From the sequence record ON529855.1: a stretch of DNA of 64,000 bases; one strand, written 5' to 3'. The first letter of the stretch is position 1, and the number at the start of each line of letters is the position of its first letter. The position numbers were made by a program, and so were the translations under genes. Below the pieces are notes generated by a model. The model made no database searches. It was not told the origin of the DNA and saw nothing but the letters and a program-made list of their open reading frames with translations. This document shows, in pieces, positions 50,824-59,731 of this stretch.

Positions 50824-51471
50824 ATGAGCGTTATCGACCTCTCCAAGGGCGCCAACATCAACCTGGCGAAAGACGCCCCCGGCGTCACCCGCTTCGTCAT
50901 CGGCCTGGGCTGGAACGCCAACCCGCAGAGCCCGCCGGACCTGGACGCCTCGGTCCTGCCCTGCACCAAGGTCGGCGGCAACCCGGTCCTGCCGGACGAC
51001 AAGTCGTTCGTCTTCTACGGCAACCTGAAGTCCACGGACGGCGCCATCATCCACTCGGGCGACAACCTGACCGGCGACGGCGACGGCGACGACGAGCGTA
51101 TCGCCATCGACACCGCCAAGCTGAACCCGGCGATCGACGACATCCTGATCGTCGTGACGATCCACCAGGGCAAGGAACGCGGTCAGAACTTCGGCCTGGT
51201 CCGCAACGCCTACGCGCGCATCTACGACGCCGACAAGCTGGCGGCGGCGGAAGCGGCCAATCCGAACCTGTCGGACAAGGAACTGCACGACCTCGCCCTG
51301 GCGCAGTACGACCTCGAAGAAGACGCCGGCGGCTACACCGCCCTGGTCTTCGGCGAACTCTACTCGAAGGACGGCGACTGGCGCTTCAAGGCGCGCGGCG
51401 AAGGCCGCAACGAGTCGCTGGGCGAACTGGTCACCAGCTACCTGCCGGCCGGCGTGTCGGTCTCGGGCTAA
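50824..51471 (+). CDS. terD: TerD/TerZ family stress protein
   Basis: LSKGANINL, GLGW...DLDAS, FVFYGNL, HSGDNLTGDGDGDDE, GELY...WRFKA.GEG. Confidence 0.95.
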   Translation: MSVIDLSKGANINLAKDAPGVTRFVIGLGWNANPQSPPDLDASVLPCTKVGGNPVLPDDKSFVFYGNLKSTDGAIIHSGDNLTGDGDGDDERIAIDTAKLNPAIDDILIVVTIHQGKERGQNFGLVRNAYARIYDADKLAAAEAANPNLSDKELHDLALAQYDLEEDAGGYTALVFGELYSKDGDWRFKARGEGRNESLGELVTSYLPAGVSVSG

Positions 51472-51485
51472 GCCTTCCGATGAGG

Positions 51486-51513
51486 CCGGGGGACGTTCGC
51501 GTCCCCCGGTTTT
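51486..51513 (+). terminator. Rho-independent terminator
   Basis: ccgggggacg-TTCG-cgtcccccgg followed by tttt. Confidence 0.8.
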
Positions 51514-51568
51514 CGACTACCTTGTGAGACGACCGGCCCGCGCGGCCGAAGACCTGGAGGACGTTTCC

Positions 51569-52900
51569 GTGCCCAAGCCCGCCCCGCCCCCGATTGATAT
51601 GGAAGCGCTGGTGCGTCGGCCGAAGAAGGCACAACCGAACGTCCCGCCGCCGATCGACATGGAGGCGCTGGTGCGGCCCCGCAAGCCGTCGGCTCCAGAG
51701 ACGCGCGCCCATCCTGTCGACGTCGACATGGAAGCGCTGGTGCGTCGCCCGAAGAAGGCTCCCGCCAAGGTCGAGCCTGTCGAAGACCCCAGAATTGAAG
51801 TCTACATTCAAAACCGCGTCAACGGATGGAAGCCCGTCATGGCCGCCGGCGCCGCTGGATATAACGGAAATCAGGGCCATTCCCTGGAGAACGATCCGGA
51901 CATCCAGGCGAGGATCGCCCAGCGCCTGGCGACGCGGCCGGGGGCGGTCCCCCAGAGCACGGGCGGCGGCTTCTACGGCAAGTCCGCGCCTGCCCCCGCG
52001 ACCGACATGGAGGCTCTCGTGCGCCGCGCGGGTCCGCCCAGCCCCGCCGAGGCATCCCTGACGGAATACACCCTGTACGCCATGGCGCGCAACGACGGGT
52101 ATAAGGGCACGCTTGTAGAGTATGTCACCCAACACCGCGCCAAGGTCGCCGCCGGTCCCGACATGGCGGCGCTGGTCGCCCGCCGGAATGCCCCGTCGCG
52201 TTCCGCCCCTGACATGACGGACTTGATCCGCCGCCCCGCTCAGGCCGCCGCGCCCTCGAACGCCAACGCCCGACGCAACCAGCAGGTCAATGCGCTGATC
52301 GAGCGCGCGCGCCAGGTGGAGCCCAGCGTTGTGGACGGCATGCGCTTCAACACCCGGCTCCACCGCTTCCTGGACCTGCGGCCGACCGCCTGGACGACCT
52401 GGGGCGAGGACGAAGCCCGCGTCGTGGTGCAGTCCGCCTCGGGGCAGGCGGAGGCGTCGCGCCAGCTTTCCCTCGCCAACGCCGTCAAGTGGGCCGCTGA
52501 ATGCGAACAGGCCTACGCCAAGCCGCCGGGGTTCATGGACCGCTTCTCCCAGCAGACGCGACCGGAGTTCTATCGGGTCCGGCTGGAGCAGTCCCGCGAC
52601 ATGCTGATCAAGGTCCAGGACGATCTTCAGCAGGTGCAGGACCGGGTGCGCGAGAACCTGGACCGGCTGCGGATCGACGTGGTCGTGCTTCAGGTCGCCA
52701 CCGAGCAGGTCACCGACGCCTCGGACTCGATCATCGCCACGCGCCGCCTCCAGACCCTGGTCCAGGTCCAGGCGACCGCCGCCATGATTCTCCAGGGCTG
52801 CGAGAGCCTGGCCCAGACCGCCGCCGCCCAGGCGGCTACGGTGTCGTCGTTGCTGACGGTGACGATCCCCAACTGGATCATCGCCCAGCAAAATCGCTGA
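51569..52900 (+). CDS. protein with N-terminal DMEALVRR repeats and C-terminal TelA-like helical domain (443 aa)
   Basis: GGAGG SD before GTG 51569; six DM(E/A/T)(A/D)L(V/I) motifs; C-terminal coiled coil with PPGFMDRF and RRLQTL. Confidence 0.7.
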   Translation: MPKPAPPPIDMEALVRRPKKAQPNVPPPIDMEALVRPRKPSAPETRAHPVDVDMEALVRRPKKAPAKVEPVEDPRIEVYIQNRVNGWKPVMAAGAAGYNGNQGHSLENDPDIQARIAQRLATRPGAVPQSTGGGFYGKSAPAPATDMEALVRRAGPPSPAEASLTEYTLYAMARNDGYKGTLVEYVTQHRAKVAAGPDMAALVARRNAPSRSAPDMTDLIRRPAQAAAPSNANARRNQQVNALIERARQVEPSVVDGMRFNTRLHRFLDLRPTAWTTWGEDEARVVVQSASGQAEASRQLSLANAVKWAAECEQAYAKPPGFMDRFSQQTRPEFYRVRLEQSRDMLIKVQDDLQQVQDRVRENLDRLRIDVVVLQVATEQVTDASDSIIATRRLQTLVQVQATAAMILQGCESLAQTAAAQAATVSSLLTVTIPNWIIAQQNR

Positions 52901-52920
52901 GGGAGCGTGGCGCTTATTAG

Positions 52921-52950
52921 TTGACGGCTGCCGTCAAAACTGGTTAGTAG
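52921..52950 (+). promoter_or_regulatory. rtcB promoter; -35 is part of palindrome TTGACGG-CTG-CCGTCAA
   Basis: TTGACG-N18-TAGTAG; perfect 7-bp inverted repeat 52921-52937. Confidence 0.6.
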
Positions 52951-52979
52951 TGCCAAGATAACTGGCAGAGGAGTCCGCC

Positions 52980-54218
52980 ATGCACGAGATTAAAGGTTGG
53001 CATGGCGGCAAGATCAAGGCCTTCACCCAGCATCCCGACGGCCGCGAAGTCGCGTTCGAGCACGCGGCCCAGGTCCAGGCGTTCAACGCCGCCGCCCTGC
53101 CGTTCATCCACGAACATGTCGCCATCATGCCGGACGTGCACGCCGGATATGGCTCCACCGTCGGATCGGTGATCCCGACCAAGGGCGCCATCATCCCGGC
53201 GGCGGTCGGCGTCGACATCGGCTGCGGCATGATGGCGGTGCGCACCACCCTGACCGGGGACGACCTGCCCGACAGCCTGGAAAAGCTGCGCTCGCTGATC
53301 GAGCACGCCGTGCCGCACGGCGGGCCGGGCAAGCACGGCTCCTGGCTGGAGCCGGGCCGCCAGGGCATCCCCAACGCCATCATGAACGCCTGGGTCAAGA
53401 CGGGCATGGAAGCGCGCTTCAAGGTCCTGTGCGACAAGCACCCGATCATCGAGCAGTCCTTCCACGTCGTCCAACTGGGCTCGCTCGGCGGCGGCAACCA
53501 CTTCATCGAAGTGTGCCTGGACAAGGACAACCGCGTCTGGGTCATGCTGCATTCGGGATCGCGCGGCGTCGGTAATGTGATCGGCCGCTACTTCACCGAG
53601 AAGGCGAAGGAGGCGCTGAACAAGCGCGGCGGTTACATCCCGCAGGACAAGGACCTGGCCTGGTTCGAGGAGGGTGAACAACTCTTCGACGACTACGTCG
53701 AGGCGGTCGGCTGGGGTCAGGACTTCGCGCGCCTGAACCGCGAGATGATGATGGTCAACGTCCTGCGCGTCATGCGCACGGTGCTGCCGCCGTTCAAGAC
53801 GGACAAGGAGGCGGTCAACTGCCACCACAACTACGTCACGAAGGAACATCACTTCGGAGCCGACGTCTTCGTCACCCGCAAGGGCGCGGTGTCGGCCAAG
53901 GACGGCGAACTGGGCATCATCCCCGGCTCCATGGGCGCGCGGTCCTACATCGTGCGCGGCAAGGGCAACCCGGATTCGTTCTGCTCGTGTTCGCACGGCG
54001 CCGGGCGGACCATGAGCCGCACCAAGGCCAAGGCCGAGTTCACGGTCGAGGACATGGTCAAGGCCACCGAAGGCGTCGAGTGCCGTAAGGACGCCGGCGT
54101 GATCGATGAAATTCCGATGGCCTACAAGGACATCGACACCGTCATCGACATCCAGGTCGCCTCCGGGCAGATCGAGGTCGTGGCGATCTTGAAGCAAGTC
54201 TTGTGCGTGAAAGGTTGA
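52980..54218 (+). CDS. rtcB: RtcB RNA 3'-phosphate/5'-OH ligase
   Basis: MPDVHAGYG..VG, GVDIGCG, GSLGGGNHFIE, HSGSRG, HHNY, PGSMG, HGAGR, DEIPMAYKDI. Confidence 0.97.
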   Translation: MHEIKGWHGGKIKAFTQHPDGREVAFEHAAQVQAFNAAALPFIHEHVAIMPDVHAGYGSTVGSVIPTKGAIIPAAVGVDIGCGMMAVRTTLTGDDLPDSLEKLRSLIEHAVPHGGPGKHGSWLEPGRQGIPNAIMNAWVKTGMEARFKVLCDKHPIIEQSFHVVQLGSLGGGNHFIEVCLDKDNRVWVMLHSGSRGVGNVIGRYFTEKAKEALNKRGGYIPQDKDLAWFEEGEQLFDDYVEAVGWGQDFARLNREMMMVNVLRVMRTVLPPFKTDKEAVNCHHNYVTKEHHFGADVFVTRKGAVSAKDGELGIIPGSMGARSYIVRGKGNPDSFCSCSHGAGRTMSRTKAKAEFTVEDMVKATEGVECRKDAGVIDEIPMAYKDIDTVIDIQVASGQIEVVAILKQVLCVKG

Positions 54219-54219
54219 G

Positions 54220-54837
54220 ATGAACGCCCACGTCAACTCCATCTACGCCTACGAGGTTCACGACCACAAGGGCACCAAGGCGGCTGTCTTGGGAGCCCTA
54301 TCGGCGGCGGGGTCACGCGGGCTTTGCTGCGAAGAACTCGAAGATCGCCTGGGTGACGCCCATAACACGATCTCGGCCGCCTGCACCCATCTGCGCAAAG
54401 GTTATGCGGGCGCCCCCTTGATCTGCTGGACGGGGCAGAAGGTGCGGACTCGGAGTGGACGCAGCGCCGGACGCATGCGCCTGGTTCTCGCCGGTGAAAT
54501 CGTCGCCGCCGAGCCGGTGAAAAAGAGGCTGCCCCGGTCCTCCAGCAGTTCCAGCGTCTTCACCAACGGAAACGCCAACTCTGCGGCGGCTGCTCGATCC
54601 ATGACTGGGGCGGCGCAGGCGCAGGAGGTCAAGGTGTTGGACGCCTTGTTGATCAACCGCACCGCCGACCAGATCGCCATGGTGACGGGACTTCGCCCGC
54701 AGTCCGTGACGGCGAGGTTGAGGGCTCTTAAGGCCAGGGGACTGGTGCGCGAGACCGGCGCCACCCGCATGACGCGGAAGAATCGCCCGGCCGCCGTGCT
54801 GGAACGGGTGACGCCTATGCTGGGACTGACACACTGA
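54220..54837 (+). CDS. tandem winged-helix DNA-binding protein (205 aa)
   Basis: Two related HTH units, each ending in a T/R-R-(S/K)-(G/N)-R wing. Confidence 0.7.
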   Translation: MNAHVNSIYAYEVHDHKGTKAAVLGALSAAGSRGLCCEELEDRLGDAHNTISAACTHLRKGYAGAPLICWTGQKVRTRSGRSAGRMRLVLAGEIVAAEPVKKRLPRSSSSSSVFTNGNANSAAAARSMTGAAQAQEVKVLDALLINRTADQIAMVTGLRPQSVTARLRALKARGLVRETGATRMTRKNRPAAVLERVTPMLGLTH

Positions 54838-55076
54838 TGTGCCCGGAGAACGAGCACGACTACGCCTATACCGGCGTGCGGTTCAAGGACGACCCCTTCA
54901 ACCGCCCCGGCGGCAGCGCCCACGACCGCTACTACGCCCACGTCTTCCACTGCCGCAAATGCCTGGACATCAAGTCCGAGCAGATCGGTCGTGACGGCAC
55001 GAACTGGGACGGGGCGAAATACGACGCCACCCCGGCGACCGGGGATGAAGTTCAGGCTCCAAAGGGACGGTACTAA
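54837..55076 (+). CDS. hypothetical protein with Cys/His motif (79 aa)
   Basis: C..EHDY...FHCRKC; TGATG coupling. Confidence 0.65.
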   Translation: MCPENEHDYAYTGVRFKDDPFNRPGGSAHDRYYAHVFHCRKCLDIKSEQIGRDGTNWDGAKYDATPATGDEVQAPKGRY

Positions 55077-55081
55077 CTGAC

Positions 55082-55387
55082 ATGACCTCCATCATCGACG
55101 CGATCTACCCCGAGACCCTGCCGTGGGAACTCGATCACACCGTCACCGACGAGCACAACAACTCGGCGGTGGTGGACGAGCACCGCGTCGTGATCTGCTT
55201 CATGAGCGACGACGGCCTGACGGACGACGAGCGCGACGACATCATCGACGCGCGCGGCCGCATGATCGCGGCCGCGCCCGAGATGGCGATGGCCTTGCTG
55301 GCGATCGTTGCTTCGGGCGTCGCCCTGCCGGTCGCCGTGACCGAGGCGGTCGAGAAGGCGATGGACAAGGTTCGCGGCGATGACTGA
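55082..55387 (+). CDS. small phage protein (101 aa; LPW...ARGRMIAAAPEM family)
   Basis: TPxPW / A.LIAAAP.L-like motif widespread in phages. Confidence 0.7.
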   Translation: MTSIIDAIYPETLPWELDHTVTDEHNNSAVVDEHRVVICFMSDDGLTDDERDDIIDARGRMIAAAPEMAMALLAIVASGVALPVAVTEAVEKAMDKVRGDD

Positions 55388-55775
55388 TTGCCATCCTGCG
55401 GAGATGACCCACGAGCGCCTCGCGGCGCGGCAGGTCAAGGCCTACGACTGGGCGGTCGCCACCTACGGCGCCGCCCGCGTCACCCAGCGCCGCTATCAGG
55501 CCTTCCGCCTGCTGGAGGAGGTCATGGAGTTGTGTCAGGCCCAGGGGCTGGGGCTGGAGGACTTCGAGCGCACCGCAAAATACGTGGCGGCGCGAAAGGT
55601 CGGCGACACCCGTGAGGAGATGGGCGACGTCCAGATTTGCCTCGACATCATGGCTGAAAACCTCGGGCTGTCCCTGGACGCCTGCCACACCACCGCGCTG
55701 AACCGCATCCAGGGTCTGGACCCGGTCAAGTGCAAGCTGAAGGACGACGGCAAGATCGCCGCCGGTTTGATCTAA
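55380..55775 (+). CDS. MazG-like nucleotide pyrophosphohydrolase
   Basis: LLEEVMEL...REEMGDVQI all-alpha NTP-PPase motifs. Confidence 0.75.
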   Translation: MTDCHPAEMTHERLAARQVKAYDWAVATYGAARVTQRRYQAFRLLEEVMELCQAQGLGLEDFERTAKYVAARKVGDTREEMGDVQICLDIMAENLGLSLDACHTTALNRIQGLDPVKCKLKDDGKIAAGLI

Positions 55776-55981
55776 TGAACGCCACTGACGCCCGCGAGCC
55801 CGAAGACTTCTCGGCCCTGATCGGCCTGACGATCCTGGAAGCCGAAGCCCTGACCGGCGGCAAGGTGCGCGCCACCCTGCGCGACGGCCGGCCTCAGATC
55901 GGAACCTGCGACTATCGTCTGGACCGCATCAACGTCTCGACGGTGGACGGTCTGATCACCGCCGTGGGCGGACGCGGCTGA
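55775..55981 (+). CDS. peptidase inhibitor I78/potato-I-like protein (68 aa)
   Basis: GTCDYRLDRINV...G.I..V..G; TAATG coupling. Confidence 0.7.
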   Translation: MNATDAREPEDFSALIGLTILEAEALTGGKVRATLRDGRPQIGTCDYRLDRINVSTVDGLITAVGGRG

Positions 55982-56121
55982 TGGTGTGGCTGTGGGTGAT
56001 CACCATCGCCCTGGTGGTCTGTGCGATCGTGGCGCTGTTCATGGTCGTGGGGTCCGCCATGCGCGATCCCCGCGATCCTGGCGCGGGCGGCGGCTTTGAA
56101 CTGTGGGACGGTGACGACTGA
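55981..56121 (+). CDS. 46-aa single-TM microprotein
   Basis: MVWLWVITIALVVCAIVALFMVVGSAM...; TGATG coupling on both sides; not in ORF track. Confidence 0.65.
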   Translation: MVWLWVITIALVVCAIVALFMVVGSAMRDPRDPGAGGGFELWDGDD

Positions 56122-56801
56122 TGTCGGACTGGATTTCCAACCTACCGAGCGCGCTGCATCCACGTCACAAGACCGCCTACGCCGAACCGTCGACCCCGGC
56201 GACCCGCGCCTGGTTGACGAACCTTCGGACCCGCGTCGAAGATGCGGAGAAGGCGATCTTCGGGCTGGCGGAGCAGCAGGGGTTCAAGGGCTTCATCGCC
56301 CCGGATCGCGGCGGCTGGCCGACGACCTTCGTCTTCGATGAGGCCCCCGAGAACCCTGCCTTCAAGCGGCTGCGGCGCAAGGGGCGACCTATGGCGACCA
56401 TCGCCAAGTCGATCGAAGGGCAGGTGTTCGAGACCCTGCTGAAGGCGGGTCCGGCGCATCCCTACGTCGACGAGGAATTGCGTCAGGCCCTGAACCTGCC
56501 GTCGTCGGTTCGCTATCACTCGGACCGGGTGAGCGGGATGGCGTCGATCGCCGGGCTTCTGGACTGCTCGATCAACTGGACGCCGAAGCGGCAGTTCATC
56601 TTTTTCGTCAACCCGTTCCACACCTACGCGCGCTTGCGCGAGCAAAACCCTGACGCGGACATCACCTTCACCGGCGAGGACCGCTCATACCCGACACCGA
56701 CCGCGTGGCGCCCGGCGCCCGGTTGGGACCTGCTGACGTCGGCCAAGGTCGACGTGATCTTCGCCCAGGCGCGGGTCGAACAAGAAGAGGAGGCCGCCTG
56801 A
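56121..56801 (+). CDS. hypothetical protein (226 aa)
   Basis: ORF coupled to upstream stop. Confidence 0.7.
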   Translation: MSDWISNLPSALHPRHKTAYAEPSTPATRAWLTNLRTRVEDAEKAIFGLAEQQGFKGFIAPDRGGWPTTFVFDEAPENPAFKRLRRKGRPMATIAKSIEGQVFETLLKAGPAHPYVDEELRQALNLPSSVRYHSDRVSGMASIAGLLDCSINWTPKRQFIFFVNPFHTYARLREQNPDADITFTGEDRSYPTPTAWRPAPGWDLLTSAKVDVIFAQARVEQEEEAA

Positions 56802-56802
56802 C

Positions 56803-57360
56803 ATGGCGAAAGACATCTGGTTCGCATCGGACCATCACTTCGGCCACGAAAAGTGCTGCACCACCTTCCTGCGTGATGATGGCACGCCGCTGCGGCCCTT
56901 CTCGGGCGCCGAGGAGATGAACGCGGCGCTGATCGACCGCCACAACGAGGTCGTCAAGCCGCAGGACAAGGTCTACTTCCTGGGCGACGTCGCCATCACC
57001 CAGAAGAACCTGCCCCTGGTCGGGCAGATGCATGGCTCCAAGCGCCTGATCCGGGGCAACCACGACATCTTCCCCACGAAGAAGTACCTGGAGTTCTTCA
57101 AGGAGGTCTACGGCGTCCGCGTGTTGACCGAGTTCGGCGGCATCGTGCTGACGCACGTTCCCATCCACTCCAGTCAGTTGCGCCGGTTCAAGGTCAACAT
57201 CCACGGGCACCTGCATGACAAGGTGCTGGAGGAGCCCGGCTATATCAACGTCTCGGTCGAGCAGATCGACTATCGCCCGATCCACATCGACGAAATCCTG
57301 GCCCAGGCCAGCCGTTTCAACCCCGGATACGACTTCACCCAAGACGTCCACCCCGGATAA
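56803..57360 (+). CDS. calcineurin-like metallophosphoesterase
   Basis: SDHHFGH, LGDV, GNHD, THVP, HGHLH. Confidence 0.9.
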   Translation: MAKDIWFASDHHFGHEKCCTTFLRDDGTPLRPFSGAEEMNAALIDRHNEVVKPQDKVYFLGDVAITQKNLPLVGQMHGSKRLIRGNHDIFPTKKYLEFFKEVYGVRVLTEFGGIVLTHVPIHSSQLRRFKVNIHGHLHDKVLEEPGYINVSVEQIDYRPIHIDEILAQASRFNPGYDFTQDVHPG

Positions 57361-57367
57361 GGACCCC

Positions 57368-57721
57368 ATGCTGACCGCCCTCTATATCCTCGTCGGCTAC
57401 TTCTTCGCCGCCGGGTTCATCATCGCGCCGCTCGTCTTCCGCGAGCAACTGGCCTCCACCCGCTGGGCCGCCTACAGCATCATCAACGCCAAGTTCTTCT
57501 GGACGATGCTGCCGGTGGCCTTGGTGGTCTGGATGCTGTGGCTGCCGCTTCTGGCCTTCGCCGTCTTCGCCGGCGCCTGGATCGGCATCTTCAACCAGAT
57601 CAAGACGCGCATCCGTATCCGCTCGAACGCGGAAGTCGCGGCGGACCGGTCGGTGCTGGACGTCGACTTCATGGCCCCGACGCCCGGCGACCCGGACATC
57701 GGGCGGGACGGTCGCGCATGA
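57368..57721 (+). CDS. membrane protein (117 aa)
   Basis: Two to three hydrophobic segments; SD AAGGA. Confidence 0.7.
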   Translation: MLTALYILVGYFFAAGFIIAPLVFREQLASTRWAAYSIINAKFFWTMLPVALVVWMLWLPLLAFAVFAGAWIGIFNQIKTRIRIRSNAEVAADRSVLDVDFMAPTPGDPDIGRDGRA

Positions 57722-57918
57722 CCGGCGACGCCCCTGAGGTCGATCTGACCGAGATCGTCGGCATGACGCCGGCCCTGGCGGCGCTGAAGACCCGCATGAC
57801 CATCCGCGAACTCTATCGCAACGGCGCCAAGCAGGTGATCGCCCACGACTACGACGCCAACCGGATCAACGTCACCACCGACGCCGGCTACATCACCCAC
57901 GTTTCTGGAATCGGCTAA
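57718..57918 (+). CDS. second I78/potato-I-like inhibitor paralog (66 aa)
   Basis: IAHDYDANRINV...G.IT.V..IG; ATGA overlap. Confidence 0.6.
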   Translation: MTGDAPEVDLTEIVGMTPALAALKTRMTIRELYRNGAKQVIAHDYDANRINVTTDAGYITHVSGIG

Positions 57919-58757
57919 TGGCGGACCCCATCCCCTTCTGCGGCGACAATACCCGACTCAACCCCGCCAAGGGCGACGAAGGCCGGGTGCGCGTCATGCA
58001 CGCCCACAAGACCAACGACGGCAGGATGATCTCTTGCTGGAAGCTGACCCCGGAGGAGATCGCCAAGGTCGCCGAGACCGGCGAGGTCTGGCTGTCGTTG
58101 TCGTGCGGCGAGAACATTCCTCCGTCCTATGTCTCCGGCACGCCCCTGATGCAGGCCTTCGACCAGGATACGGGCGAGGCGATCAGCAGCTATCGCTCCG
58201 ACGGCGAACATGAAGTGCAGGACATGCGCCGGTTCGCGCTCTTGCATCACGGCGACCAGAAATACGGCCAGCGGCCCTACGCCTACCACCTGGACGGCGT
58301 CGTCGCCATCCTGCGGCGCTGGGGCGCTGATTCGACCTACCTCAAGGCCGGCTACGGCCACGATCTCGAAGAAGACACGATGCAGGACCTGCCCCTGGTC
58401 GACCGCCGCGCCACGGTGCGGGCGCGGTCGGGCGAGGAGGCCGAGGCCTTCATCTGGGCCTGCACCGGCACCCAGGCGACCCGCGAAGCCTGCCTGGAGG
58501 AGCAGATCGCCAAGATCACCGCGCGCCCCGGCGCGGCGCCGGTCAAATGCGCGGATCGTCTGTTCAACATGGCGTCCTGCCTGGAAGAGGTCCAGGAGAC
58601 GCCCACCAAACATCTGCTGAAGCTGTCGCACACCTACGACGGCGAAGCGGATCGCTTCATCTCGGCGATGGAGCCTCTGGTTCCCGCCCAGATCATCGAG
58701 GAACTGCGTGACGTCGCTGGTCGACTGCGCGCCTTCCTCGCCACTCAGGCTAACTAA
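57918..58757 (+). CDS. fusion of small N-terminal domain and RelA/SpoT-type HD ((p)ppGpp hydrolase-like) domain
   Basis: HGDQKYG.RPY.YHL..V, AGYGHDLEEDT, VKCADRLFN. Confidence 0.8.
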   Translation: MADPIPFCGDNTRLNPAKGDEGRVRVMHAHKTNDGRMISCWKLTPEEIAKVAETGEVWLSLSCGENIPPSYVSGTPLMQAFDQDTGEAISSYRSDGEHEVQDMRRFALLHHGDQKYGQRPYAYHLDGVVAILRRWGADSTYLKAGYGHDLEEDTMQDLPLVDRRATVRARSGEEAEAFIWACTGTQATREACLEEQIAKITARPGAAPVKCADRLFNMASCLEEVQETPTKHLLKLSHTYDGEADRFISAMEPLVPAQIIEELRDVAGRLRAFLATQAN

Positions 58758-58765
58758 GGACAGCC

Positions 58766-59287
58766 ATGACCAAATACATCCGCCAGCCGAACCTCGTCGA
58801 GGCTTTCCAATACAATCGCCAGCCCAAGGCCGAATGGCCGCAATGGCTCCAGGACTACCAGATCGCCACCCCGATGGGCTTCCAGGGCGTGGGCGCCGGC
58901 GCCGGCGTGCTGCTGGTCCCGGCCAAGAACGGCCCGACCATCAACGTCACCGTCGGCGAGTGGGTCGTCTACGAGAACGACGTCCTGCTGGTCTTCCGCA
59001 ACGACCTGTTCGAGGCCGCCTTCCAGGAAGAAGGCTACGACGAATGGCTGGCTGAGAAGGTCGCCAAGTCCCAGGCGCAGTTGGACGCCGGTGAGACCAT
59101 CACCGGCGAAGACGCCAACGCCCGCGCCGCCGCCCAACTGGCGGCGATGAGCGACAAGGAACCGTCGGCTGAAGCGCCCGTCGTCGGCGCCGATCCGGTG
59201 ACGCCCGAACCCGCCGCCGACGCCAAGGGCGGCAAGAAGAAACCGGCCGGCGACAAGCCGACCGAAGACGCCCCGGCCGCCGAGTAA
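58766..59287 (+). CDS. hypothetical protein (173 aa) with low-complexity acidic tail
   Basis: SD AAGGA; KY..P..VEAFQY...GEWVVY...F.....F pattern. Confidence 0.75.
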   Translation: MTKYIRQPNLVEAFQYNRQPKAEWPQWLQDYQIATPMGFQGVGAGAGVLLVPAKNGPTINVTVGEWVVYENDVLLVFRNDLFEAAFQEEGYDEWLAEKVAKSQAQLDAGETITGEDANARAAAQLAAMSDKEPSAEAPVVGADPVTPEPAADAKGGKKKPAGDKPTEDAPAAE

Positions 59288-59296
59288 AGGCCTGGC

Positions 59297-59731
59297 GTGA
59301 TGGGACTGACGCTCCTGCGGGGATACCTGCACCGTAAGGCGTGGCCGCAGGGCGTCGGTTTCGAGGCGTTCGGCGTTCCCGCGTCGAGGCCTCCGTGGCG
59401 GGTGAGATGGGCGCGTGGGCTCTACACGGCCGCGCACTTCTCACCCTCTACGTGGCTCCATGATCTAGCCTGGCCGCCCTATGACTGCGACGACTGCATC
59501 GGCATGAGAGATCATGGCTGCCAGTGCGCCGCCGTCGGCGCGGTGGCGCCGGGCGCCATGATCGACCCCTCCCGACACGGCTGGCGCCTGCTGCACGGCC
59601 TGATTTTCATCTGGACCTCGCCCTTCTGGGATGAGGTCGAACGCTCCTGGGAAGACACTGATGTCTGCATATCTCCAAGCCCCAGCCCACATTGCGGCGG
59701 AAGCCGCCGGCCTGACGCCCGCCGATTTTGA
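59297..59731 (+). CDS. hypothetical protein with Cys cluster (CDDC...GCQC)
   Basis: Fills gap, but overlaps next ORF by ~70 nt. Confidence 0.45.
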   Translation: MMGLTLLRGYLHRKAWPQGVGFEAFGVPASRPPWRVRWARGLYTAAHFSPSTWLHDLAWPPYDCDDCIGMRDHGCQCAAVGAVAPGAMIDPSRHGWRLLHGLIFIWTSPFWDEVERSWEDTDVCISPSPSPHCGGSRRPDARRF

